Positions 19,729-33,200 of a stretch of 64,000 nucleotides of DNA are shown one piece after another. The stretch comes from Candidatus Eiseniibacteriota bacterium (GTDB taxonomy: Bacteria > Eisenbacteria > RBG-16-71-46 > CAZAMP01). Every line of letters begins with the position of its first letter. The first letter of the stretch is position 1. The notes under the pieces are model-generated. The model was not told where the DNA came from. It saw only the letters and a program-made list of their open reading frames with translations, and did not search any database. Location: positions 4,352,001 to 4,416,000 of the forward strand of contig OZ245046.1 of the NCBI GenBank assembly GCA_965224245.1. Direction: 5' to 3'. A program made the position numbers and the translations under genes.

Positions 19729-22077
19729 CTAGCGCAGGATGAACAGCTTGCTGTGGAAACTGCCGAAGCGGGTGTCGAACCGGATGAAGTATGCCCCGGA
19801 CGCGAGCAGGCTCCCGTCGTCGGAGCGCGCGTCGAACGCATACTCGTGCCGGCCCGCCTCGAACGCGCCCTCGGCGATCGTGCGCACGAGCTGACCCTTG
19901 ACGCTGAACAGCCGCAGCGATCCCTCGGTCGGGCGATCCAGCTCGTAGTGGATCTTGGTGCTCGACTTGTACGGGTTCGGCGACGCACCCAGCGCCACGA
20001 ACGGGAACGGGTTGGTCGGCGGCTCCAGCGGCTCGACGGCCACGACGATCCCGCCCTCGACGAGGGTCCGCGTGTGCAGCACGAGCGCCGACCCGTCGAC
20101 CTCGACGGACGCGGTGTGGTCGAGCTCCTGGGCGCCGGTGAACGTGCCCGCGATGCCGTTCAGCGACATCGTGCCCGACACGGCGAACACGTAGTCGGAA
20201 ACGCCGTCGGTCAGCGTCATGTCGCCCGCGATCTCCACCGTGCCCGGGCCGGTGGACGTCAGACCGATGAGCCCGCTCCAGGAGTCGGTGAACGCGATGC
20301 CGCCGAGGGCGGCGTCGGACTCCGCGGTGAAGTCGAAGTCGATGTCCGAGGTGCCGGTGCGGACGATCGCGAACGTCCCCGTCACCGTGCCCTCGGTGGC
20401 GGTCAGCGTGACGGCGCCGCTGATGTCCTCGCCCCCGATCTGGAAGACGCCCGGATCCTCGGCCGGCGTGGCCAGGAATCCGAGCGCGAGGCCACCCACC
20501 GCCAGCTGCGCGTTGGAGTCGACCGCCGGCGGCGGATCCATGCGGATCTCCGCCTCGTTGGGGATGAACCACGCCGTGCCCGACGCGGCGAATGGGGCCA
20601 CGGACGCAATGTCGCCCGTCACCGAGAGCGTGTGCACGTCGTCGAAGCGCGAGAAGATGACGTCGGGGTTGCCCTCGCGCGCGTCGGACCACGCCGCGAA
20701 CACCGACCGCTCGTCGCTGTCCATGTCGTTGTAGTCGCCGAAGTTCGGAATGGCGTCGGCGGGCACGCCGCACCAGGCCACCGACATGTCGGACATGCGC
20801 CGGTTCGGGCCGAACGTGACGCCGCCGTCGACCGACTGGGTCACGTAGAAGTCGCAGAGGCTCGTTCCGCCCGCGTCGTTGCGGCGATCGTACCAGCCCA
20901 CGGTGACGCGGCCGTCGGGGCCTACCGACAACGTCGGGAAGAACTGCTCGGTGTCGTCGGAGGGTGTGTTGTCGTTGAGCTGCTTGAACCCCTGGAAGCT
21001 CGCACCGTGGTTGTCGGAGTACTTGTAGTAGATGTTGAACTCGCCGCCCGCGCCGTTCACGTAAGACGCGTGCAGGCGCCCGCGGTTTTGACCGTCGCTG
21101 CGATCCACCTCGACCGACGGCCAGCGCAGGTTGCGGTCGCGGTTGAAGCACTGCGGATTCTCGCCCGAGAAGAACCCCATCGTCGCGATCTGGTTGATCC
21201 CGGTCGACCAGCTCGAGCCGCCGTTGGAGGAGTACCGCACGAACGCGGTGCCGCTGGCCGCCGGATCACCCTCGGCCCACGAGACGTACACCCCGCCGTC
21301 GATGCCGACCACGGGATACGGTCCACTCGAGCCGAACCCGTCGACCACGAGCCGCGGGGACGCCCACGCGAGCCCGTCGGTGTCCGACCACGTGAGCTCG
21401 GTGTTTCCGGTGTTGATGTTGTTGTACGCCATGTAGATCCGGTCGATGGTGGGATCGTAGTCGAGATACTCCTTGTCGAGGAAGGCGGCCCCGTACCGGA
21501 TCGGTGGATTCCAGGTGAGCACGTCCGAGATGAACTCGCCGCGGTTGACGGCGAGGCCACTGGGATCTCCGAGGCTGTTCAGGCCGATCGACGCGTAGAC
21601 CCACGTGCCGGCGTTGGTCTTCACGATCGTCGGGTCGCCGAGGACCCCGATGGTGGCCGTCTCGGGCATGCTGCCGCCATCGGTCCAGGTCTCGCCGCGG
21701 TCGCGGGAGTAGCCGACGCCGCTGTTGCTGCCCACCCCGGCGAACCCCCGCGAATCGTTCCAGCCGATGACGACGTCGTCACCGTCGACCCAGATGCCGA
21801 CCTCGGACTGAACCGAGGCGCCGGGCTCGCCGGTCCGGTCGTTGACCAGCTTGTTGTCCGGAGGTACCGCGCGCCCGGGAGGCACGGGCTGGGTCTGAGG
21901 CGGATCGTAGTCGCCAACCGGCGGCTCGATCGGCTCGGGAAACGCGGAGCGGAACGCCGTCCCGGTCGTGGAGTCGGCGCCCGGGGCGTCCGACGTGGCT
22001 CGCTCGCGTGCTATGAATCCTCCGGCGACGACCAGGATGCTCACCAGAGCGATGGCCGCGGTGCGATGCGCTGTCAT
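19729..22077 (-). CDS. Secreted BNR/Asp-box (sialidase-like) beta-propeller protein with FlgD-Ig/T9SS-CTD-like tail
   Basis: Asp-boxes SRDRGETW, SDTDGLAW, SSNGGSSW, SDNHGASF, SVDGGVTF; WYDRR, FGDY, WSDAR; PNPY..GQLVRTI..LASGAYF; GGAGG RBS. Confidence 0.82.
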   Translation of the reverse strand: MTAHRTAAIALVSILVVAGGFIARERATSDAPGADSTTGTAFRSAFPEPIEPPVGDYDPPQTQPVPPGRAVPPDNKLVNDRTGEPGASVQSEVGIWVDGDDVVIGWNDSRGFAGVGSNSGVGYSRDRGETWTDGGSMPETATIGVLGDPTIVKTNAGTWVYASIGLNSLGDPSGLAVNRGEFISDVLTWNPPIRYGAAFLDKEYLDYDPTIDRIYMAYNNINTGNTELTWSDTDGLAWASPRLVVDGFGSSGPYPVVGIDGGVYVSWAEGDPAASGTAFVRYSSNGGSSWSTGINQIATMGFFSGENPQCFNRDRNLRWPSVEVDRSDGQNRGRLHASYVNGAGGEFNIYYKYSDNHGASFQGFKQLNDNTPSDDTEQFFPTLSVGPDGRVTVGWYDRRNDAGGTSLCDFYVTQSVDGGVTFGPNRRMSDMSVAWCGVPADAIPNFGDYNDMDSDERSVFAAWSDAREGNPDVIFSRFDDVHTLSVTGDIASVAPFAASGTAWFIPNEAEIRMDPPPAVDSNAQLAVGGLALGFLATPAEDPGVFQIGGEDISGAVTLTATEGTVTGTFAIVRTGTSDIDFDFTAESDAALGGIAFTDSWSGLIGLTSTGPGTVEIAGDMTLTDGVSDYVFAVSGTMSLNGIAGTFTGAQELDHTASVEVDGSALVLHTRTLVEGGIVVAVEPLEPPTNPFPFVALGASPNPYKSSTKIHYELDRPTEGSLRLFSVKGQLVRTIAEGAFEAGRHEYAFDARSDDGSLLASGAYFIRFDTRFGSFHSKLFILR

Positions 22078-22150
22078 GCGACACCTCCGTGTGTGGGTGG
22101 AGGGAGATGGCCGGAAAGTGAAATTGTAGCGCGTCCCGGCGCTCCGGTGG

Positions 22151-22711
22151 TCACCGGCCGAGAAACTTTCGGTGCAGGATGTGCGGCTCCTCGTTGCTGA
22201 ACGGCGGCGGCAGCGGCAGGGCCAGCCCGCGGGCGACCTCGACGAACCCGAAGGCCCAGTGCAGGTCGATCGACGGCCGGTTTCCCTCGCCGGTGAAGTA
22301 GTAGACGACGTCCGTGCGCTCACGGAGCCATTCGAGGCGGCGTGCGGTCAGCGCGCGGCCGATCCCCATGCGCCGGTGGCTGCGATCGACCTCCACGCCC
22401 GTCAGATACCAGCCGTCGGGCACGACGGAGGACCCGCCCGCGTCCTTCCAGGTTTTGTAGGCGCACTTGCCGTACCCCGCGATCCGACCGCCGACCACCC
22501 CCACGCACGTGAACGCGCGTTCATCGCGGGCGGCGCGCTCCAGCGCGGCCCGGACCAGGGGGGCGAGCTCCGCGGGTGGCCGGTCCTCCCGCTCGACGTC
22601 CACGTGCGCGATCGCGAGCGCGTCGTCGGGAAGGGCGTCACGAACGACGATCGGCGCCGGGCGTCCGTGCCGCTCCGGCTCGTACGGCGATCGGGTGTTG
22701 CGCCTGGGCAT
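22151..22711 (-). CDS. GNAT family N-acetyltransferase
   Basis: VDRSHRRMGIGRAL motif A; NRPSIDLHWAFGF motif B. Confidence 0.85.
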   Translation of the reverse strand: MPRRNTRSPYEPERHGRPAPIVVRDALPDDALAIAHVDVEREDRPPAELAPLVRAALERAARDERAFTCVGVVGGRIAGYGKCAYKTWKDAGGSSVVPDGWYLTGVEVDRSHRRMGIGRALTARRLEWLRERTDVVYYFTGEGNRPSIDLHWAFGFVEVARGLALPLPPPFSNEEPHILHRKFLGR

Positions 22712-22847
22712 GTCCGGTGTCCCCCGGCGGTCACGCTCGGCGGCGCGGATCCCCGTTGCGAGGCCGCGATCGGCCGATCCGCTCGCCCGAGCAGAGGGTC
22801 GTCACCACCTTAGTGCGGATCGCCGGTGGGGTCCAAGACCTTCGCGG

Positions 22848-23789
22848 CTACGCGGACGCGCGCGACGCCGTGCGGACGCGCGGGGGCTCGGGGCCCAGCC
22901 GATGGCCGGCGAGGAAGGCCGCGCGGACCGGAACGCTGAAGATCGGCTTCAGCCGCGCGCCGAGCTCCGGCCCCGCGTGTTCGAACCGTCGTCCGAGGGG
23001 TCGCAACGCGGCGGCCATGACCGCCCAGGCGAGCGCGGCCACCGCGACGCCGCCGGGGATCCGCTCGATGGGCTTTCGCGCCTCCGGGCACATCTCGACG
23101 AACAGCTTTCGAGCCCGGCCGGCGGCCCACCGCTTGCGGGAGAAGTCCTCGAACCCTTCCTCGGCGAGGTGGTAGCCCACGGCGTCGGGATCGTAGTAGA
23201 GCGTCATCCCGCGCGCTCTCTCCAGCCGGTAGCCGAGCTCGAGATCCTCGTAGAACGTCAGCGTCTCGTCGAGCGGCATGCCCTCGACGAGCGACGGCCG
23301 GAACGAGATGTTGCACGTGTAGAGGAAGTCCGGCGAGATCGGCACGTGCGCCGGCATGTGTGCGTAGCCGAACTGCGGACCCCAGACGTCGAGCCACGCC
23401 CGAAACGCGTTCAACGTGATGTCCGGATGACGCTTGACCTGGCCCAGCACCATCGCCGCGGGGTCGGGGTGCCGCTCGAGGTGGTCGGCGACGTGACGGG
23501 CCACGAGGTCGGGCGCGGGCACGACGTCGTCGTCCAGGAGAAGGATCAGATCACCCTCGACCGATCGGATGCCCACGTTGCGCGTGTTGCCCTTCCCGCC
23601 TCCCGAGAGCTTCATCCGCACCGGCAGTCGATCGCGGAACCGCTCCAGGATCGGCTCGATCGTGGCGACGGTCTCGTCCTCGACCACGATCACCTCGAAC
23701 GGGGGCGTCACCTGTGCGCAGAGCCCCTCGAGGCACCGCGTGAGCATGTCGTGCCGGCGATGCGTGGGGATGACGACCGATACGCGCAC
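22848..23789 (-). CDS. Glycosyltransferase family 2
   Basis: VSVVIPTHRR, FEVIVVED, RNVGI, LLLDDD, YEDLELGYRL. Confidence 0.92.
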   Translation of the reverse strand: MRVSVVIPTHRRHDMLTRCLEGLCAQVTPPFEVIVVEDETVATIEPILERFRDRLPVRMKLSGGGKGNTRNVGIRSVEGDLILLLDDDVVPAPDLVARHVADHLERHPDPAAMVLGQVKRHPDITLNAFRAWLDVWGPQFGYAHMPAHVPISPDFLYTCNISFRPSLVEGMPLDETLTFYEDLELGYRLERARGMTLYYDPDAVGYHLAEEGFEDFSRKRWAAGRARKLFVEMCPEARKPIERIPGGVAVAALAWAVMAAALRPLGRRFEHAGPELGARLKPIFSVPVRAAFLAGHRLGPEPPRVRTASRASA

Positions 23790-23948
23790 GCACGGGCCTC
23801 CAGGACCTGGGATGGACGTCGAGAACCGGCGGCCGGCGGCTCACGCGCGCCACCGGGCCGGCAGCCGGCGCCGTCGGTTGCCCGCCGCCGATCGAGGGAC
23901 GTACAATCCTACCTCATTTGATTCACCTCGGACAAAAGGCCCGATCTC

Positions 23949-25067
23949 ATGCGTGTCGCGGTTCTCGGAGACATGGACTCGGTTCATACGCCCCGCTGGT
24001 GCGAGGCGCTGATCGCGCGCGGCCTGGACGTGCGCTGCTTCTCCCTGGAGCCGTTCACGATCGGCGCGCCGTACGCGACGTTCGTCGAGCCGAGGCTCGG
24101 ACCACAGAAGCTCCGGTACGTGAGCTCGTTCGACCGGGTCGGGCGCGCGGTGAAGGCGTTCGATCCCGACGTGGTCAACCCCGTTCACTTCCCGAACTAC
24201 GGGCTCGTGAACTGGCTGATGGGGCACCGCCTCCCGGTGTATCTCGTGGGGTGGGGATCGGACATCCTCCACTCGGCGGAGAAGACGCCGCTGCACAAGA
24301 TGATCATGCGGCGCATCATCGCCCGCGCCGAGCGCATCAACGTGGACGCCGAGATCATGCGCACGTACCTGATCGATCGGTACGGCTATCGGGGCGAGGA
24401 CGTCGACTTCATCACCTGGGGCCTGCCCGAGTCCTGGTACGCCGACCCGCTGCCGGATCCCATTCCGGAAGGACCGCCGTGGAAGATCCTCTGCCACCGG
24501 CGCCTCGACTACGACATGGATCCCCTGATGCTGCTCAAGAGCTTCAAGCTGGCGCGCGAGCGCGGGCTCGATGCGATCCTGTCGGTGAAGGGGCACGGCG
24601 CGTGGGAGGACAAGGTCAAGGCCTGGGTCACCGAGCTCGGTCTCGACGCACACGTCGAGTACATCCCGTGGTTCGACTACGAGGACCTGCGCCCGTACAT
24701 CGCCAAGCACCACATGTACACGTCATCGGCCTGGGTGGACTCGACGTCGGTCTCGATTCTCGAGGTCATGAACCAGGGCGTGCTCCCCATCGTCACCGAC
24801 ATTCCCGCCAACCGGGAGTGGGTGATCCATGGGCACAACGGGTACCTGTTCCACCCGAAGTCGATGAACGCGATGGCGCAGTGCCTGATCGACGCGGCCG
24901 CGAACGTCGAGCTGCGGCAGCGCGCGCGGGCGATCAACCGGAAGATCGTCGAGGACAAGGCCCGCTGGGAGGTCCACATGGACACCTCGGCCGACGCGAT
25001 GCGCGAGCTCGTGCGGGCGGCGAAGGAAGGTCGCGCGGTCACGCGACCGGCGCGCGCCAGCTCCTAG
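23949..25067 (+). CDS. Glycosyltransferase family 4 (GT-B)
   Basis: SVHTPRW, WGSDIL, DSTSVSILEVMNQGVLPIVTDIPANREWV..NGYLF. Confidence 0.88.
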   Translation: MRVAVLGDMDSVHTPRWCEALIARGLDVRCFSLEPFTIGAPYATFVEPRLGPQKLRYVSSFDRVGRAVKAFDPDVVNPVHFPNYGLVNWLMGHRLPVYLVGWGSDILHSAEKTPLHKMIMRRIIARAERINVDAEIMRTYLIDRYGYRGEDVDFITWGLPESWYADPLPDPIPEGPPWKILCHRRLDYDMDPLMLLKSFKLARERGLDAILSVKGHGAWEDKVKAWVTELGLDAHVEYIPWFDYEDLRPYIAKHHMYTSSAWVDSTSVSILEVMNQGVLPIVTDIPANREWVIHGHNGYLFHPKSMNAMAQCLIDAAANVELRQRARAINRKIVEDKARWEVHMDTSADAMRELVRAAKEGRAVTRPARASS

Positions 25068-25231
25068 CCGGGTCGGGACGTCAAGGCTCGGCGGCGCTTC
25101 AGGTATCTCCCCTCAATCAACGATCGACATCGACATCACCACGTTGTAGTATTAGACAATTAGTCGGCTTTGATTGCTCGATATTTACGATATAGAGTCA
25201 AATTGACCGGCACAGGTCGGGGAAACACGAC

Positions 25232-26980
25232 ATGGCAAGAGATTGGGGATCACCGGCACGCCAGATCTGGTGGTCTGTGGTCGGAAGCCTCGTCGCGAGC
25301 GCTGCGTTCTACCTCACAAACCAAGTTCCGCTCTTTCGGCTGTACGCGATCGATCCGCCCGACTCAACGTTCGATCCATGGGAGAAGGCGATCTTCGTTC
25401 TCCAGGCCGCCGTGGTCGGGGGGCTGACGATACGCTTGGCGCGTGCTGCACCGCTCAGACCAGACGAGGACAGTATCGGCGCCAGGACGTTTCGACAGTT
25501 CTACACAGGCTGGTTCTGGGTCTGGGTAACGTGGTGCGCGTTGTATTGCTGGCTCACGGTAGTCGCGCTACTAGGGGAACAGATTGCGACGCAGATCGGC
25601 AACGGTGCGTTCTGGTCGACGGTGGCCTGGAGCACAGCGGATGCGCTCAACTTGGCGAACGGCCTCGCCTTCTTCTGGTGCTTCTTGGTTCTCGACAAAC
25701 CGAGCGTGAGCCGCTCGCCAGGTTCAACCGACACCGCGACCGCGAACCGTGATGACGCATTCAAGCGAGCCTACCAGCTGGCATTCCTAGTCGGGTGCGG
25801 GTGCTTCCTGCTGTCGATGGCCGATCACTTCGGTCAGCCTCTCTTTCTGAACCACATCGGCAACTTCTCGCTCGTGCTCTTCGTTGCGCTCGGGATGGCC
25901 TTCTTGTTCGGGCGGTTGGACGGGATCCAGTTGCGAATACCAAGGTCGCAGCTGGCCATACTGTACCTTTACGCACTCCTCCAGCTCCCCTATGCACTGT
26001 TCCCGTCCTGGTCGCGTGATCCCGAGTTCATGCGTCCCGCCTTGTTTCTGGCCGCCCTCGCGTTCAAAGTCTTTCTCTATCAACTCCTGAAACAACGCAT
26101 CGAAGATGGGTCACTCAAGGACTACATCGAGATCGAGGCCGAGCAGTGGTTCACCACGCACCCACGGGATCCGGTGTCTCGATTGAACGCCGGGCCCGTG
26201 TCTGCAACACATGGACATCGCTGGATCCTCCGGGGGCCCGGTCGACTCGTCCTGTTACTGCTGTCGATCGGTGTCGCCTCTCTACTTTTGCTCGCCTTGG
26301 TGGTCGGACTTGGTCCGGTCGAGAACGAGGACCTCGAGATCGCTCGCACGGACCTGGTCGTCGACTTTCAGCAATGGAGGACCGTGCCGGACGGAGCCGT
26401 CGAAACTCGGGTCAGTCCAATGTTTCTCGACATTACCGTTGCAGCAACGCGCGCCTCTAGCAACGTCGATCTCTACGAGCATGAGTTCGCCAGTAGCTCG
26501 GATCTCGTGGACATAAGCTGCCTCACGCATCCATTCACAGTCCACCGAATCGGCAATCCGGTGGGCGCACGAGACGTGAAAAGCCGGATCGTTCGAATCG
26601 ACATTTCTCGAGAAGTCGTGGGAAGACCTTTCGAGATAGAGCTGCGAGCCATCATCTGGAACACGGATCAGGTACGAGGCTGGGCGGGACGACTCGTCCG
26701 GCATACCGAGGACGAGTTCGAGCTACGGATCGTGCTTCCGTGCGACGTCGAACAGTTTGACCACCACGTCGAGCGAGTCGGGGGCTTCGGTGGTCATGCG
26801 AAGATCCCCGACGCGAAGCCCAGGCGAGTCGGAGTGCGTGAGATCGTCTGGAACGTGGGGACGCCGGGCCGAGATCACCTGTACACGATCGAGTGGGACT
26901 GGCCACGAACCTACCGCGAGAAGACACACCTTCAGCAGTCTGTTGCGATCCGTCCTCACCCGGCCAGCCGGATCCACTGA
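25232..26980 (+). CDS. Hypothetical polytopic membrane protein (about 8 TM + further TM + soluble beta domain), atypical composition
   Basis: Long ORF with many hydrophobic helices; visibly more A/T-ending codons than flanking genes; AT-rich upstream region. Confidence 0.7.
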   Translation: MARDWGSPARQIWWSVVGSLVASAAFYLTNQVPLFRLYAIDPPDSTFDPWEKAIFVLQAAVVGGLTIRLARAAPLRPDEDSIGARTFRQFYTGWFWVWVTWCALYCWLTVVALLGEQIATQIGNGAFWSTVAWSTADALNLANGLAFFWCFLVLDKPSVSRSPGSTDTATANRDDAFKRAYQLAFLVGCGCFLLSMADHFGQPLFLNHIGNFSLVLFVALGMAFLFGRLDGIQLRIPRSQLAILYLYALLQLPYALFPSWSRDPEFMRPALFLAALAFKVFLYQLLKQRIEDGSLKDYIEIEAEQWFTTHPRDPVSRLNAGPVSATHGHRWILRGPGRLVLLLLSIGVASLLLLALVVGLGPVENEDLEIARTDLVVDFQQWRTVPDGAVETRVSPMFLDITVAATRASSNVDLYEHEFASSSDLVDISCLTHPFTVHRIGNPVGARDVKSRIVRIDISREVVGRPFEIELRAIIWNTDQVRGWAGRLVRHTEDEFELRIVLPCDVEQFDHHVERVGGFGGHAKIPDAKPRRVGVREIVWNVGTPGRDHLYTIEWDWPRTYREKTHLQQSVAIRPHPASRIH

Positions 26981-27103
26981 CCGGAGCACTGCTGCTGCGA
27001 CCAAGACGCTGCGCTGATTCGAGCGCATGCTCCGCAGAGCAAACATGGCTTCACTCGGCCCAAGCGGGAGCAAGAGGTTTGCGGGTTTCCACGCGTCGGA
27101 GTC

Positions 27104-30444
<3,341 letters not shown>

Positions 30445-30448
<4 letters not shown>

Positions 30449-31044
30449 GCCACCTCGACGCGCTCCAGCTCCCCGCGGATCTCGCGGATTCGCTGGAGCG
30501 CCCGGTGCTTGGCGTTGTAGATCGACTTGACGTCCACGCCGAGCTCCTCGGCCACCTCACCGGGCTTCCGCTCGGCGAGCACGACCATCTCGAAGGCTCG
30601 AAACGCATCGGCGCTCAGCTCGGTCCGGACGCGAGCGACGCACGTCTCGGCCACGAAGATCTCCCACGAGCGCTCCCAGAGCTCTTCTGGGTCGGCATCG
30701 GCGACGCCGTCGGGATCGCGGCCCTCGTTCGGCAGGATGCGGTGGCGACGCGCCTCGCGCTTCTGATGATCGAGGATCTTCATCCGCGCGATCCCGAACA
30801 GCCAGTGGCTGAGTCGGCCGCGGTCCCGATCGTAGCGGCCGTCACGGAGCAGGCGGGCGAACGTGGTCAACGTCTCCTGCGCCACGTCCTCGGCATCGAA
30901 CGGGCCCAGTCGCATCGCCCTGGCGAAGGCGAGGATCGGCTCGCGAAAGCGGTCCACCAGCCGCTCCCACGCATCCTCGTCCTCGAACAAGCGCAGCTTC
31001 TCGAGAATGGTGGACGTGGTGACCCATGTCGTGGGTCCGCTCAT
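30445..31044 (-). CDS. ECF sigma factor (kinase-associated type)
   Basis: TTSTILEKL..DEDAWERLVDRF, DAEDVAQE, YDRDRGRLSHWLFGIA, IYNAKHRAL; overlaps the kinase start. Confidence 0.9.
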
Positions 31045-31277
31045 GGGCACTCCCGTCATGGCGCGTGCGGCAACGGCGCCGCCGCCGGTCCGGCGCGAGG
31101 CGCGGCCGGCCACCATTCTACGCCAAGCGGCGCGTCCGACGGCAGCGAGCCGCTCCAGCGCCGGCATCGTCCGGCGGCGAGCGCCTGGCCGGGCGTGAGT
31201 GGGCCTCATCATCCGCCGCGCTCGGCCGAACGTTCTCGGTGATGGACACGGACGACACCATCCCGGAGGGCGCGACC

Positions 31278-31481
31278 ATGGAACGCACGTTCGACTCGAC
31301 GGAGCTGGCCCGGTGGCTACGGATCTCGACGCGTGACGTGATGCTGCTGGTTCGGCGGGAGGCGCTGCCGTCTCGCCGCGTCCGGGGTCGCCTGCTCTTC
31401 CGGCGCTCGGAGGTGATCCGGTGGAGCCGGACCCGCATGGGCGACGACCTCGTCGCCGCGTCGCGCCGCGCGACCGGGTGA
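31278..31481 (+). CDS. Small excisionase-like HTH_17 DNA-binding protein
   Basis: FDSTELARWLRISTRDVMLLVRREALPSRRVRGRLLFRRSEVIRW; GGAGG RBS. Confidence 0.7.
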   Translation: MERTFDSTELARWLRISTRDVMLLVRREALPSRRVRGRLLFRRSEVIRWSRTRMGDDLVAASRRATG

Positions 31482-31502
31482 CCGGTCGCGACGTCGCGCG
31501 AC

Positions 31503-32972
31503 TCACCGCTTCCGCCCCGCCTCGTCCAGATGCCGGTGGACGAGCTCCCCGAGCCTCGCGATCGCGATGGGGACGTCGTCGGTCCAGTCCACCGCGCAGT
31601 TCAGGCGCAGGAACTGCCGGTAGCGCCGGTTGGCCGAGAAGATCGGCCCGGGCGCGATGCTGACCCCGATGGCAAGCGCGGCATCGTGCAGGTCCAGCGC
31701 GTCCGCGCCGGGCGGCAGCTCCACCCACAGCACGTGTCCGCCCTGGGGCCGCGAGATGCGGGTTCCCTCGGGAAAGTGCTCCGTGATCGCATCCTGAAAG
31801 CGGCGCGTGAGGTCGGCGTACGTGCGGCGCAGCCGACGCAGATGACGATCGAAGCCGCCTGAGGCCAGGAAGCTCGCGATCGCCAGCTGCTGCGTGGTCG
31901 CGGTCGCCACCGACGAGCTGAACTTCAGGCGCTCGACGATCTGGCGATACCGGCCGGGGGCCGTCCATCCCACGCGGAGCCCCGGTGCGAGCGTCTTCGA
32001 GAACGACGAGCACCACAGCACGCGGCCGGTCGTGTCGAACGCCTTGACCGCTTTCGGACGGGTTCCCTCGAACGAGAGGTCGCCGTTGATGTCGTCCTCG
32101 ATCAGGGGCACGTCGTACCGGACGAGCAGGTCCGCGAGCGCGCGCTTCGCGTCGTCCGGCATGCGGTGCCCGAGCGGGTTTCCGAAGTTCGGGACGAGCG
32201 CGCACGCGCGCACGTGCCCGCCCGCGAGGGCCGCCTCGAGCTCGCTGAGGCAGATCCCGTCGCGCGGGTGGGTCGCGATCTCGAGCGCCTTGAGCTGAAG
32301 CAGCTCCATCGCCTCCAGGAGTCCGTAGTACGTCGGCGACTCGATCGCGACCGTGTCGCCCGGACGGGTGACCGCGCGCAGGCACAGATGCAGCGCCATC
32401 TGGCAGCCCGCGGTGGCGACGACGTCGGTGGGCGCGAGCGAGCATCCCGCCTCCAGAGCCCGCCGCGCGATCTCCTTGCGAAACGTGTCGGCCCCGGAGA
32501 CCGGTCCGTACCGCGCGGCGGTATCCGGGTTCTCCCGCGCCACCCGGGCGACCAGCCGGCCGAGGCGGGTTGCCGGGAAGAATCGAGAGCTCCCGGTTGC
32601 CGCGCCGAGGGGAACGATGCCCGGCTGGTTGGCCTCGCGCACGATGCGCAGGATGAGGTCGCCGATCGCGAGCTCGGTGGGGGCGGCCCCCTCGGTCCGC
32701 CGGGGCTCGGCCGGTAGCTGGCGCCGGGGACGCACGTAGTAGCCGGACTGCGGCCGTGCCTCGACCACGCCGCGGTCCTCGAGGACGCGGTACGCCTCGA
32801 GCACGGTCGACACGCTGACCGACAGCTGGGTGCTGAGCTTCCGGATCGACGGAATGCGATCGCCGGGCTGCAACGTACCGGCCGCGACGAGTCCCTCGAT
32901 CCGCGCGGCCACGCGCCGGTACAGCGGCTCCCGCTCCCGCGTCGGTGGCTCGGGTGGTGTCGTCTGGGCCAT
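31503..32972 (-). CDS. MocR/GntR family regulator with PLP-dependent aminotransferase domain
   Basis: GDRIPSIRKL..VSTVLEAY..LEDRG, IESPTY, IEDD, SSFSKTLAPGLRVGW. Confidence 0.94.
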   Translation of the reverse strand: MAQTTPPEPPTREREPLYRRVAARIEGLVAAGTLQPGDRIPSIRKLSTQLSVSVSTVLEAYRVLEDRGVVEARPQSGYYVRPRRQLPAEPRRTEGAAPTELAIGDLILRIVREANQPGIVPLGAATGSSRFFPATRLGRLVARVARENPDTAARYGPVSGADTFRKEIARRALEAGCSLAPTDVVATAGCQMALHLCLRAVTRPGDTVAIESPTYYGLLEAMELLQLKALEIATHPRDGICLSELEAALAGGHVRACALVPNFGNPLGHRMPDDAKRALADLLVRYDVPLIEDDINGDLSFEGTRPKAVKAFDTTGRVLWCSSFSKTLAPGLRVGWTAPGRYRQIVERLKFSSSVATATTQQLAIASFLASGGFDRHLRRLRRTYADLTRRFQDAITEHFPEGTRISRPQGGHVLWVELPPGADALDLHDAALAIGVSIAPGPIFSANRRYRQFLRLNCAVDWTDDVPIAIARLGELVHRHLDEAGRKR

Positions 32973-33200
32973 GGGGCGCCTCCGGGGTCCCGATTCGACT
33001 CCTCGAACCGTATCGACGGGCCGCGTCCGGCACCAGACACAGGTCACGGCCGACTCGAGGATAACAGTTTCCGTAGACCGAATTGTTAGGGGCTCAATTT
33101 ATCACAACTGCATCTGGTTGGCTCCCGGCAGTTGCGCGATCATCCGGCGCGTCGACTCCGAGGGACGAGGCACCCGCTTCTCCAACGCGCGAGACGTCGC

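Noticed and set aside
17953-22200. 1415-aa plus-strand ORF, and similar long ORFs such as 35064-39059 (-), 56464-59136 (-) and 159-2261 (+)
   Set aside because: These are antisense shadows of well-supported genes. High GC suppresses stop codons and the translations have no recognisable motifs.
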